NCBI GenBank assembly: GCA_918797485.1
Contig: CAKKNE010000001.1
Coordinates: forward strand, 2,790,001 to 2,854,000
Source: Pelagomonas calceolata
Taxonomy: Eukaryota
Direction of reading: 5' to 3'
Length of the DNA: 64,000 bases
The translations under genes and the position numbers were made by a program. The notes beneath the pieces are model-generated. The model was not told the origin of the DNA and ran no database searches. It saw only the letters and a program-made list of their open reading frames with translations. Below are positions 50,174 to 63,109 of the stretch, piece after piece. Position 1 is the first letter of the stretch, and each line of letters starts with the position of its first letter.

Positions 50174-53100
50174 ATGGTACTTCCGATGCACATGTCAGAT
50201 CGGCCATCGGAGATAGAAATTACATACACGCTTGGCATGGCTGTCGCTAACCTATCCGAGGCAAAGCAAATGTTTCCGCAAATCGAACGAAATGGAGTTG
50301 TAATTGAATCTGTCGGGGGCGTCCCAATGGAACCAAGTATCTGGGAAGACTTGCAACATCAGCTTAACTATGCGCTGCTCCAAGTAACATACAGCCATGC
50401 ATTTAGGATTATTTGCTCATCTGAGGTGGTTTCCTACATTGTTAGTCCCAAATCATTATATTTTTTGCCAAATGGAATCACTGAGACCAGCTCATCGATG
50501 GTTCCCTCAGCAAAGGGGGTAACAAAACATTTATAAAATGGTCACCAAAAAATAGAATGTTAACTAGGCTTCTGCGATCCCCCCCTTAGCTTGTACAATG
50601 GAGCAACGGCTCGCAAAGATTCTCTCAAGTACAATGCTCGGTGCAACGCATGCGGAACTCCCGTGTTCGAGTTAGTTGTGCAGAGTTTGATTGCTCAATT
50701 TGCAACAGGTACAGATTGAAAACGAAAGCTCCTGGTATCAGGCTCGGAAGGAACTGGGTGGCGGTTTGCATCTACGGCGAGATGTAGAGGAAGTGATCGG
50801 AGAAATAAAGTGCCCCGCCTCTAATCGGTCAACCTTTCAAGGTTTCTACTATACTATGCTGTCTAATAAGGCTGGCGACCTTGTTCCTACGCGAGTTCCC
50901 GCTGGCACGGCGTCAATGCCGCTTAAAGCTTGGAGGCTTGCAGATAATGCATGCATGGCTCGTGATGCGCAGCTAACAAAGGCATCATGTGCTGGCGAGC
51001 ATTCTCAGGAGGATCTCGTTTGCACCTTTCTGCAGGCGACAGTAGTATCACCTCTCTTTGCCGGCCTGATGCAAATGGAACGATTGTACTTGGTAATAGG
51101 AGCTTTTATGGGTGCTACGAAAATGCAAGCATACAAAAACAAAGCTAAAGTCAATACCGCGCTTGCTACTTTGGGCAATTCTCGCCTTGAATTAAAATTA
51201 ATGACGCCCGTGCAGTGGCGATCGCTGGGTTCTGTGACTGGTGCAATTCAACGCTGTGGCGATTCTTTTGGACAACACAGCGCATCGCTTGCTCAAAGTG
51301 AAGCAGCAATTCGAGTAAAAGAAGCAGGGTCTTCTATTGCTTTGACAAGACTACTTAGGGAAGCTTCATCAGAAAAATACAAAAGCCATCAAAATTCGAA
51401 TTCAGTCAGAAGGATGGCCGAACAAACAAGTAATCCATTCGGGCACTTCCTCTACGCACTCCCCCCGAGACACCAAGAGTTTCTGCTTGCGAAGCAGCGG
51501 AATGCAGATAGTAATCTGGAACAAGTGCAGCGCAAAGCGATGCGAAGGCAAGCCTCTTTTGAACTCTCTCATAGCCCATCGCACAAGACAAGGGCGGAGC
51601 CTGGGAAGGTAACCTTACCCACATCTATCCTCTTAGGAACGCTGCGAGACCCAGCAAAAGAGGAACGTCGACACAATGCGTTGCTTGCGTCATGGTTCTC
51701 GGTGGATCGCAAGTGCAAAGAGCAGCTTGCGGTGCGAATTCAACACATATTTAGAAAAACCCTACTGACTAGAGCCCTCTACCAGAATAATCAGCGCAAA
51801 CTTGCTATCACATATATCCAGAGTAGAATCCGTGGGCGAATTGGGCGGGCTTACACGACGCTTTTTGCGAAAGTTGCATCACTCTCTGCAACTAGTATCG
51901 CAACACGACATCGCATGGTGATTGCAACACGTTGCAAGGTACATCGCGGCATGCTAATGCGTGATGCCGCGAGCAAAATCCAGAGTTACACACGACGATA
52001 TCATGCGTATTGTTATGTCAATTGGCTGCAGCAAAACTGGAAGAATGCCGCCAAGCTAGAGTTTGGGGCTCGTCAGATTCTGATTCTCTGCCAGTTCAAG
52101 CTGTGGCTTTTTAGGAGAATACGCGTTGAGCCCATGTCGGTTTTCCAAGAGGACCCTTTACTTTTTGCACTCGCTCCCGCTCGTATTGCTGCGAGGCTTC
52201 GCGGCAATCTCGGCCGCACGAATTTTGTAAGAAAGCTATCAGCAAACGTTGTACATAGAGTTGTCAACCCTGCGCGGAGCTTATTGCAGCGCTTTATGCG
52301 GGGTTGTATTGGTCGTTATTTAGCACTAAACACCGCGCAAAAAAACAAGAGTGCAACCAGAATTCAGCAAGTCATCCGTGGGCATACAAAAGTTGTTTGG
52401 AGAAAACGCACTTGCTATCTTACACTTAAAAGCAACAGCGTGATACAGCTCCAAAAAGTTGCGCGTGGTCATTTAGACCGCATTTTTGTGCAACTCAAGA
52501 ACAATGAAACTAACCGCATACGCCTATATATGATTCTTCTACCGCGCCTTCAGGCTTACGTGCGAGGGATCAAGGCAAGGCAAATCGCCATGCGTCTCCG
52601 AATTCTGATAGTATGCAGCAATAGAGTTCAGCGTGCTTGGTGTCAATATTCATTACGCATTGAGGCCAGGCACGCGTACAATAAAAAATTGTTAAGAATC
52701 CACACACATGCATCAACGCAAATTACAAGTCGACTCCGAGGCCTATTTGCACGGAAACGATGCTCTTCAATGCGCCACGCGACTGCTGGTCATCGTTTCA
52801 AATCCGCGCGGACAATTCTGAGATCATGGCTTAGATATCGTAGTGTGTCGCGATTTGCTGTCTTGAAAGAGGAGTGGCAAGTAGAAAACTCGACCAGGAC
52901 ATTGATGGCCTGGCATTCCCTCAGAGATGATGTCCATCAAGATATGGAAGACGTGCGAGCGGACATAAAAAGCACGCGCAGAGCGCGTAGCTGGGCGAGG
53001 AAGCGAGTGCGGGATCTGCGAAGCTTCATTGCCGAAGCAGAGCTACGATTACCGAAAGTCCAGAGCCAGATAATAGCTTTGGATACAGTAGATATCGATA

Positions 53101-53696
53101 AGGGCTGGGATGAAGCGCTCAAGAATGAGTGGGAACGCTTGACATCACAATTGGCGATGGCGGTCGAAGAAAAGCGGCTGATGAAAATCCAAGCTAGTCG
53201 TTGCGATACCCAGCTACTTGATCTTCAGCTTGAATATGAGGACATCGAATTAGACATAGATGACGTTGCCATGCGCGAACAAGAGGAGTTCGAACTTTTG
53301 CGTCGACTTGAGATCCAGCATGCAGAAGTGCGTGCTGAAAGCAGCTGGATCGCGCGTGTGCGCCACGAGCGTATGCGCTGGAGAGTGAGAAATGTGCGCA
53401 TGCATGTATTAAAGCGAGAACGCAAGACTATGGCCGATTTGTTTGTGATGGCACTGCAAAGAAGAGAGCTTGCTGTATCGTCTACGCTTTCAGCATATAA
53501 ACAGCATCGACTTTTTACGAGTGCACTACACGAAGCTTCAAGGAAGGACCGTGCTATGCGTTCCAAACTCCTCAATGACGTGACAATTGATGAGGCCAGT
53601 GCAGTGAGCAAGCTCAGAACCACCTATGATGCTGTTTTATCTGGAATTGTTCCGATTCTTGAGGGCGGTGGTCTGGAGATGCGAAGGTCTTATTGA
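50174..53696 (+). CDS. Multi-IQ-motif and coiled-coil protein (5' exons approximate)
   Basis: Many IQxxxRG motifs (IQSRIRGRIGR, LQRFMRGCIGR, IQQVIRGH, LQKVARGHLDR, LQAYVRGIKAR) followed by a coiled coil. Confidence 0.75.
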
Positions 53697-54040
53697 TGGA
53701 GATCGGGACATAATTCACGCTTTTACCTGAATACACCTCCAGGCTACGCTTTGATGTAATTCACCCATAGAATACAAATACTAGTATGAGACTCGGATGA
53801 TCTCTGTTAACCTTCCAATATACCAAGCTAAGGTTCGCAAGGCACAGAAGTTTAACGCAGCTCCTAAAGTTGGCCCGGGGTTTCCTTTGGGAGTGCAGCC
53901 GCCGAGAGCGTCCGCCAATGAAACTCCCCAAAAAACACTAACTAGACGCAGCTAGTTTGTTTGGTTGGTTACTTCAAGTTGTTGCGCGTTGTGCGGGGAT
54001 TTGGTTGCTACCACCGTTCGCTACTTAGAAAGTGCAACGC

Positions 54041-54077
54041 GGGGGGCGGGGGGGGCGGGGGGGGGGCGGGGGGGGGC
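54041..54077 (+). repeat. Poly-G tract (G7-9 runs)
   Basis: ggggggcggggggggcgggggggggggcggggggggg; could form a G-quadruplex. Confidence 0.8.
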
Positions 54078-54301
54078 GTAGTGCTTGGTGCACTGCCAGT
54101 GGCACAGGACCTTTTCCCCCTTTCAAGTCCCCTTCCCAGGGCCGGCCCCTTTCAAATTCAAGTTCCAAAGATTTCAAATAAAATACTCAGGCTTCCAAAA
54201 TATTAGCAGAGGACCCCTACCTCCGACCTATGGGGTTCGGTGTCGCCCCTTGACCAAGTGACCGCAGAAGTGATTCGAGTTCCCAGCCACTTGGCCGGGG
54301 G

Positions 54302-55615
54302 CGATTTTGGCTGCGGGGCCCCGAAGAGTCCCTTTGTACGCCCCGAGACCGGGCTGGGGGGAAGGGGTCACTTTCGCGGCGAGACGCGGTCGCGAAGTTG
54401 CCCATCTGGCAAGGGGTACTAAGTACAACGGGGGGTGTCTCGGCTGTTTTCGGCCGGTTAGAGTATCGTCCGGTCCCCAGTGAGCGAGGCAACTCCGCTT
54501 CCCGATGGCCGCTGCAGCTGAGACTCGGCGACCGTAGGCACGCCCATATGAGCTCCTCGGACGCCGAGTTTTAGCGAAAACGGCCGGCGGGAAGTGCAGC
54601 CAATCCCAAAATTCCCATGCCGTAAAATCGCGATTTACTCCCATCCGGCGGCCCGTAGGTGAATCCTCAACATTATTGGCGTTTTGCGTTGGGACCCACT
54701 CAAACGGCCGATTTAGTGAATAATGTTGAAGATTCACCGAAGGCATCGCGCACCCATTCGTTTCCAACACGGTCGCGAACGGGGGCACTACGGCTCACTT
54801 CCCGGCGGTTTTCGCTGGAACCAAAGACGAGCGCTGGTCGGTGGGGTATGAGAGGCTGCCTCGCGGCGCGACGACGCTCAACGGCTGCGTTAAGGCTGTG
54901 TGCACACCATCGCGCGTATATGGTACTTTTTATAAAGTAAAATTTTTTACTCGTTCCGGGACCGCGGGAGGGGTGGAGAGAGCACTGAAAGAGACGTGTC
55001 GCGTGGAGGCTTCGATTTTCGCGCGGCGACTAAAATTGCTAAACTTTTTGCCGTCATTCACGGCCAATTTTGCACCTGCGCGCAAAAACTTGAAGAAACT
55101 TGAAGTTGCCGAGGGCCGCTTGGGTGCTCGGACGCCCACACGCACCGCGCACTGCCGCCGGCAGCCGCATGGGCAGCCGCACGGACGCCAACGCTAAAGC
55201 GGACTAAAGTCTAACCTGCTAGCTGCCTGGGTGACCCCCCCAGTATATATTAGTACCCCCCGGGGGTTGCATCTGGGGCCTAACGTGCGGGTATTTCAGG
55301 GACCTCTGGACTGAAAAATAAAAACTCGTCTCTATGCTGGTAATTTGGTCCCCCAGGGGGGCTCCGGTACCTATGGCGTGGGTTGGATGCGTAGGCGCGG
55401 CCGGGTAACCGATGGGCTGCCACATAGGTCGCCTGACGCGGCACGAAACGCCACTGGCACTGGCGATCTCACTTGGCGCGACCTTCGTAGGCCATTAAAA
55501 TCTCCAAACCTAATCGTTTCGCTTACCCGTCTCAGTCACGTCCTAGAGGGGTAGAAGGCCCCTCTGGCTCAATTTGGCGGCACCGGCCAAGACGTCTAGT
55601 TATAGAGATACGGCA
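54302..55615 (+). repeat. Modular dispersed intergenic repeat, copy 2 (modules A, B, C)
   Basis: Matches to 329-398, ~680-700 and 1322-1588, in the same order and orientation. Confidence 0.75.
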
Positions 55616-55807
55616 AATTTGGGGTTCGGTGATCCGCCCCGTGTCCTCTCTGCGGCCCCGGCAGTGTGGGCCCGCCCATGGATGTGTCCGCCGGGCCGGA
55701 CCCCGCCGGGGGGGGGGGGTCAGTCCCAAGCTGCCGACAAGATCCAGCCCAGGGCGTGTGGCAAATTTCAAACTACCAATTGAAGCATAGCGAAGCTACA
55801 TGCCGAA

Positions 55808-57363
55808 CTAGGTTTTCTTCTTGAAGCGGGTTTGAAGATGTGGCTGGCGACCAGCATTTGAACAAGGCACGTGCATGTAACTAGCCTTTGATTGTGACGA
55901 AAAGCTAAAATGACTCGATGATTTGTTTTGATTTGAACCTTGCTGTGCCAAGATGCCAGCACCAACGTAGTTTCTACTTGCATTCCCTTGGGCATAACTG
56001 GATGCATTGTACATGTGTTTGCTCTCAAACGACCTCAGTCTTTTCTTTCTCTTAGTTCCATTTTTCTTATCCAGTGTTTGGTGTTTATAAGATTGCTGCA
56101 TTTTATTATTTCCCATGACTCCCATGATAGGTGGTAGACTTCCCGGGCCCTCCATGTCATCAATGTGCGTGTCCTTGACCGAGTATTTTGTCTGTCCACC
56201 CACCCGAGTAACAGAGCTCTGATGCATGCCCTTCATCACTTTCTTACCTACGTCCTTCGCGGGGGCGTGAGCCACGTTGCCGGTAATAGTGGGCAATCCC
56301 TTAGGCAAAGGAAGACCATCTCTCTCCAGAGTTGCTGCGCTGTGGTCAATTGCTTGCATGGAAATTTGTCTTCGAGTCTCATATTCGCGTGCTGCAATAA
56401 AATATGTGTGCCGCAATGCTTCGCGTGCAGAAATACGCTCCGAGGCGTCGTGCACGAGCATCTTCATCATAAGCTCCACGCAGTCTAAAGTGGCGTGTTT
56501 TATCAACTGTGCAATGCCAATCCCAGCTTGAGGAGGGAAGTCAAAGTTCACGTGGGCGGCACCATTTTGCTTGAACTTACTTATAAGATGTGGGTCAGGA
56601 GTTCCAAGGACTTTGTGAATACGATTAATTTGGTCGAGCTCGTTCGTTCCTGGAAACAACGGATAAAGCGAAGTAATTTCAAAAAACACACATCCGGCAC
56701 CCCACAAATCCATTTCAGGGCCATAATAGCCATCTGTGAGCAAACACTCTGGCGCACGATACCACCGGGTGGAAATATACTCAGTGTAAGGTTGCTTTGA
56801 GTATATCCCACGGCAAGATCCAAAATCAGCCAGCTTAAGTCCTTTGTTGACATCACTTTTATTTTCAATCAGGATATTTTCTGGTTTAATATCGCGATGA
56901 AAAATTCCTTTGCGATGCATATGATCCAAGGCCATTAAAAGCTGATGCATGTAAGATTGGATCAGCTGCGCGTTCAAATAGTGACGCCGACCGCGAATTA
57001 GTTCATACAAGTTGGCGTCCATAAGCTCAAACACAAGTGCCAAACGCCCTGTTGGTTGATCGTAGAGGACTTCTTCTAGTGTTATAATGTGCCCATGTGG
57101 AGATAACCTGCGCAACGCTTGGATCTCTCGAAGATTGTTTACCTGATGGGCGCTCATATAATTATTTTAGATACGGACGAACTAACTTGATCGATCGAAT
57201 CAAAGTGATTTTTCATGCATTTGATTGCGTGATACTTCCCATCTTTCACATTTTGAGCTTTCAAAACCTCACTAAAAGTACCCTCGCCTTTCTTCGCAAC
57301 AAGTCTGTACCTAGAAGGAAAAGAAGGTCATTCCCTTTTCGTGTCCCTAACTCACTTTCGCAT
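55808..57363 (-). CDS. MOK: MOK/RAGE-1 (LF4-like) MAPK-related kinase (3 exons)
   Basis: MRKYRLVAKKGEGTFSEVLKAQ..AIKCMKNHFDSIDQVNNLREIQALRRLSPH; YTEYISTRWYRAPECLLTDGYYGPEMD. Confidence 0.9.
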
Positions 57364-58082
57364 AGCGCTTACGACCGCGAAAAGGAAGATATAAGGAAGA
57401 TATACAGCTGGATCTTTAGACCAGGATGGGAATAACTAGTCCCACACCTGGTGCTACCCCCGAACACTCGGGGGCACACCAAAATCACCTTGCAAGCTTG
57501 GTGTACCCCCCATGGGCCGTGATAGTATGTTCAAGTTCGGCGGCGACTCGGACCGTCGGACCGTGACTCCGGCAAGTCAAGTTCAGGGTCCGAGTCCGGT
57601 CACTCGGGCCGCCCGTGACGGTCGCGGTCACGGTGTCACGGACTTGACGACGGGCATGACATTGGCCATCCAACTAAGTCAGGCACTGGCAGTTCTTACT
57701 ATTAGTACTAATCGCGGGGTTCCGGCCCTCTAAAGCTGTCGGCTCGACTGACAGACCCTCCCACTGATCATGGTGGTTATTGGAAATTTTGCTTACCTTT
57801 TCTTGTGGGAGATGCGCATGCACGGCGCTTCCACGTCTCCACGTGAAATTGAAATTTTCTTGTCGCTATTTCATCACTATTTCGACGCTCCGGTTGGGTA
57901 TTGACCGAGCAGGGAGAAGGCTCTTAGGAGCTTCTGCCTTTTATAGGTCTTCCGAGTCCTTGACTTGCCAGTGAACTTTTGTTGTTATTAATAATCATCC
58001 TGATTATCATTCAAGAGTCAAGTTGGAGTGGGAGTTGTTCGAAGCATCTGATGACTAGTGCCTGTGCTTCCTGCTGCGTGTT

Positions 58083-59197
58083 TCAATCGACAAAGTACGA
58101 AAGGAGGTCGCGAACCGAGATAATTCCAACCGGCCTCCTGTCAACATCAAGGCAGATGAGACGCCGAAACTTGACATCCGCGAAGAATTCAAAGACAAAC
58201 TGGAGCGTAGCACACTGTGAACAAGTATGTAATGGTTCATCAGAGCGACGCTGCGCGATAACATCTTCAATCGAGGACCCAAGGTTGACGACGACAGAGT
58301 CAGCATCAGTTGCAGTTGCAAGAAAGGTAATGTCAGAATGATTATACAGGGAAACTATGCGACCCGACTTGTCAACGACCGGCACTGAGCTTAAATTACG
58401 TCTGCAAAGAAGTTTCAACACATCTTCAAGTGAAGTCGTGGTGTTGACAGTCATAACCTCATCGAAAGTGCCAATACCTAACTCCTGGATGGGCTGGTCA
58501 AAGAGGCGTCGTTCTTCCCGAAACGTTGCAACAAAGTATTCGAGTATATCAACATGGGTTACCACAGCAAGTATCCCACAGTCCTCCGACGTGACAATGG
58601 GCAAGTATCGTCGTTTATTGGTTCTCATTGCGCCACATGCATCATACAAAGAACCTGAGGCGCGTCATGATATTCGGATAAAGAGGTGCAGCACACACCG
58701 TTTGCGTCGACAGCAATGAGGCCCCCATAGTCAACTGCGTGGTCGTGTGAAGGTGGTTGAAGTGGACTGGGCTGCGCAAACATCTCTGTTGCATGTTTAA
58801 AAAGTGTTCCAGCGACAGGATCGCTCAGCACCTGTGCTATTGAACGAGATGCGAGCACTTCAATGGCTGCGCCAGTGCGTCCATGTTGATCATGGTAGTG
58901 CAGCAAAATATCCACGAAATCTGTAATCGTCATGAGACCCACAAACTCCCGGCGTGAACTGTCCCAGAGTGGGGCCGCAGACGACTCATGTTCCAGTAAA
59001 GCATAGAAAGCCAGCTGGATTGGAATATTGGTCTCGAAGACTACAACCTACACCCGCAGGGGAAATCAGAAATGCATAACCAGCACGTCAAAGACCTTGC
59101 CAGAAATACGCACAAGCTCAAACGCAATTTGGGAATGGAGAAATGTCGTAATGGCACTACGCCCAGCTGCCTTCAAGACTTCGCGCTCATTTATCAT
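58083..59197 (-). CDS. AMPK/SNF1 gamma subunit (CBS domains, multi-exon)
   Basis: SGK|VVVFETNIPIQLAFYALLEH..AAPLWDS..FVGLMTITDFVDIL; LSSVPVVD; PVGIISVRDLLSYF. Confidence 0.85.
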
Positions 59198-59341
59198 TCG
59201 ACACCAAAGTAGGCCGCGAAACTGACGGGCTTATGTTGGGAGGTGACAGATCCTCGCCGGCTTGCCCCCCGGGCAAGAGTATCGTACATCTACCAAGGGC
59301 TCGCTCTGACTTACTCGCTCTGAAATACCACGCCACGGAGA

Positions 59342-62300
59342 ATGCCCCCGACGGGAACGCATGCGTCTAAGGATGCTAAGGATTCTTTGAGCCTTGATCC
59401 CACTACCAGCAAAGTCAGTGGCGAAACTAGCCACTCAGTTGCGGCCGATACGACGCCACACCATCCCCTGCCCACAGCCAGATTGCCTAGAGCAAACCAG
59501 CGGGAAAATGTCGCTATTTCGCCCAACGACATCTCTCAGTACATACTTTTCTCAGGCACCCCGTACGTTGCAACCAGATGCAGCAGAGTTTGTTCCGGGC
59601 GGCATACCTGCTGCGTTACATCAGCAGCAATACCCATATCCACAGATATCATACCAATATGGAGCAATTCCCACTAATTTCATGGTATGTTATCTGGGCT
59701 TTGTCTGCCGACAACCGCATTCTCAGGCTCCGTGGGCACACAGAGGTACAGCGCAGTATTTGCCTCCGCAACATCCCAATAGCTTTCCGCATGCCCACAT
59801 GCGAGATAGCAGAGTCATTGGTTTAGAAATTGTCGAATTGTAACTTTATGATGTCCACAGGATGCCTTCGCAGATTGACTTTCATACCGAGGTGGCTACT
59901 GCCCAATCTTCCCCAGTTCTTGATGGTGACAAGGTTCGTCTAGGGTAATATGTAAAGGGTCGAAGAAGATTGGCTCATCTGTGTAGGAGCAGTCCCACAC
60001 TGAGATCCACAGTCACCCCGTTGTTGCTCCACCTATCGTCCCAGATGGCTGCTTGCGTCCTATAACTACGACTGAATCGCAAGTAGCCGCCCCTCGAACA
60101 TCGGCATCTGCAGCAGATATAGTGCATGCACCACGACAGACAATGCCCGCAACTAAATCTGGGAAGTCAGCAGGTGAGCCCCTTCACCACCCACCAACCT
60201 GAACTAATTAAACACACATTTAGAAAAAAACATCAATGCATCATCCCATAGTCCTCTTCCTGAGCCAATTGAAAAGAAGGATAGGAAGTCTGTTGCCTCT
60301 CTGATCACAGTCGTGAGACCAAGTTCAGTCGACCACTGTCAGGATCAAAATTTGCTTCGAACTTCACGCGAAGTGGTGAATGAGGCGACAGCACCCGCAA
60401 AGATACGAGATTCCTGGGAAGACGTTAGCACAGTGGCAGCGCCACCTTTAGGGAAGGATATATTGCAGAAGCAACCCATTAACGGCATTTTATCAATGAC
60501 CCCGCGCACATATACGAAGTCAGAACTGTTTGAGCTTCGTCTTCAGCGCAGCACATCACCTCCACCCGATTTACCAAGCTTCTTAGTAGGGGTATCAACA
60601 GCAGGAGATTTTCGTGGAGTTCGGCGCCTTGGGCCTGGAGGTACCACGCGGGGTGGCGGTGCTGGCGCGGGAGGTGGCGGATCAGGTGGGACTGGCCCTC
60701 GCTATACTGGGTCAATGGAAGATCCAAGACGTGATCAGACGTTTCGCCGCGGGATAGAAAGCACAAGAGGGGGGCGCCATCGCAAGACTGAGCATACTGC
60801 AGCAGCACACAAATGGGATCGCGGTCACCGAGTTAAGCAAAAGGATTGCTCTCAAGACCACTGGGGCCCTGAAGCGGTTGAGCCGCTTAAAACAACATTC
60901 CATCGCTGGGATCGCAAGCACAAACACGCAAATGAACTGGAGGGGTCACTAAATACAGTGACCGCAATCCTGAACAAAATGACCCCGCAATCTTTCGAAA
61001 AGCTCTCAGGACAGCTTTGCAAACTGGAAATGACATCATCTGAAATGCTTCGACGAGTGATTGGTGTCATCTTTGACAAGGCAGTTGATGAGCCGCACTT
61101 TGCTGTTGTATATGCGGCCCTCTGTGCACGCCTTGCCGAGGAAACACGTGTCTGGCCTTTTATTCGCTCTGTGAAAGATGAATCTACTGGACTTTGGTCG
61201 TGGATTGCCGATCTTGATGTCGACACGTCAAAGTTACGACCACTACCCAAGCTTTCATCTGTGGACCTACTCCTAAGTTCCCCAGATAATGACTTTGAGG
61301 AAATTGGAATCGGTCAGCTACAGCTTCATCCATCAGATTGCTTTCTTAAGAACAATACTCTAGTGTGCTGTTACTTTGCCGAGCAGCGACCTGGAGTTGT
61401 CTGGTTTCTGTGTTTAGCGTGTGAGGGCTTCAAAATTGAACACTGTGCTGTTAGGTTTTTGCTGTGGTACAAGACGCTGAAGCCAGACTATTTGATAATG
61501 GCAAAAGCAAGCTATTTGGCACGTTTGCAACTAAGGCAGATGCCCAACAAGATGCAATGAAAAAAGCGTCCTTCAAACGCTTGCTTCTCAATCAATGCCA
61601 AGAAGAGTTTGAGCGAAACGTTCGAAGTTCTGGCGGTTCAGCAGCCCTTGAAGCAGCAGCACGTGAGGCAAGAGATAATGCGAAGCAAGCCGCCATAGAC
61701 GCCACAAGGGCTGCTGCAGAGCAAGGGGTGCCACCCAAGGAACTTCCAGATGAACTTGAATTGGAAATCTGGATCACAAAGCTGAAGCGACGCATGCTGG
61801 GCAATGTCAAGTTTATTGGAGAGCTCTTTAAACAGCAACTTCTAAAAGAAAAGATAATGCATGAATGTATTAAGCTACTTCTTGGGTCACTCGATGATCC
61901 TAACGCGGTTCCAGACGACGAGTCCATAGAAGCTGCAGCAAAGCTTTTCCTCACAATTGGCAAGCAGCTTGAGTCACCAGCCGCATCTAAGGCCAAGCTC
62001 GATGCGCACTACCCTGAGCCCACTATCTCTAACAATGCCTTAGCTACGACACTACACTTTCTAGGTACTGCAAGCGGCTCTCTGTTCTTTCAAGAGATAA
62101 AACGAGGCTTGCTGCACGCACACGCTTTATGCTACGAGACCTCTTGGAGTGCCGTCGCAATGGCTGGAGAGAACGGCGAGCTAAAGATGGTCCGCACAAA
62201 TTGGGAACAAAAGCATCCACAACACAAGGAAAAGGCGAAAATCAGTCTCGTCGTGATGAGGAACGAAATCTTGCCCGTGAGCGCCAGCGCCAAGCTATCT

Positions 62301-63066
62301 CACAGCAGCAGCAGCAGCAACGGCGTCGGCTCCTGAGTGCTAAGGACGTAAGCAGCAAGTCCCAGGATGCGCGCCAATCGCGTCATAGCCAGGCATCGAC
62401 TGTGCGGATTCTGTCGAGGGACCAGGAGACAACGAGCAGTGCACACAAATCAGCGAGTGACACATATGACACCCCTTTGGCACGGCCGGCAGCCAAGGAC
62501 ACTGCTAAGCTGTGGACAGATGATCGCGCGCAAAATCGCGCGAGATCTTCGCTCGACGAGTTTGCACAGCTCCAGGATCAAGAGGAACTAATTGCATCTC
62601 TAGACGAAGTTCCCAACACGAATCGGGTGTATAAACATGTTTTCGAGCTGATAGTTGGCCGCATTGTCGAGGGCAAGGATGCTGAACGGAATTCATCTCT
62701 GGCAGCAATTCACGCTCTCGCATTAAAATCAAAGTTAAAGGCAGAAGATGTTACCGATGCGCTTGGCAATACCATTGAGTTTTTATCTGATATTTGCATC
62801 GACTCACCGATGGCTGTAGAACATGTGAGTTAGTTACTTCTGATATCTTATGAGCTATTCTACTCTGTCAGGTTGCAAAGCTCGTTTCAGTGTGTCTGGA
62901 GCTTAAAATAATAGACATTGCCTGGTTAACTGCCAACTCGCGGCTCAGAGGTGATGACCCTAAAAGTGATGGTGCCTTTGAGCGAAACGCCCTGTTTGAG
63001 CTCCTCACATCAACCTTCGCCAATTACCCTGAAGCATCTGAGCTCAAAAGCCAGCTCAAGTATTAG
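59342..63066 (+). CDS. eIF4G: Translation initiation factor eIF4G (multi-exon)
   Basis: YxxxxL-phi motif YTKSELF; MIF4G (ILNKMTPQSFEKL..IFDKAVDEPHF..FKRLLLNQCQEEFE..RRMLGNVKFIGELFK); MA3-like C-terminus (DICIDSPMA). Confidence 0.9.
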
Positions 63067-63109
63067 CTTAGCTGTTTATTTGTATTTGTTTAACATCGCG
63101 GCCGAGGGA

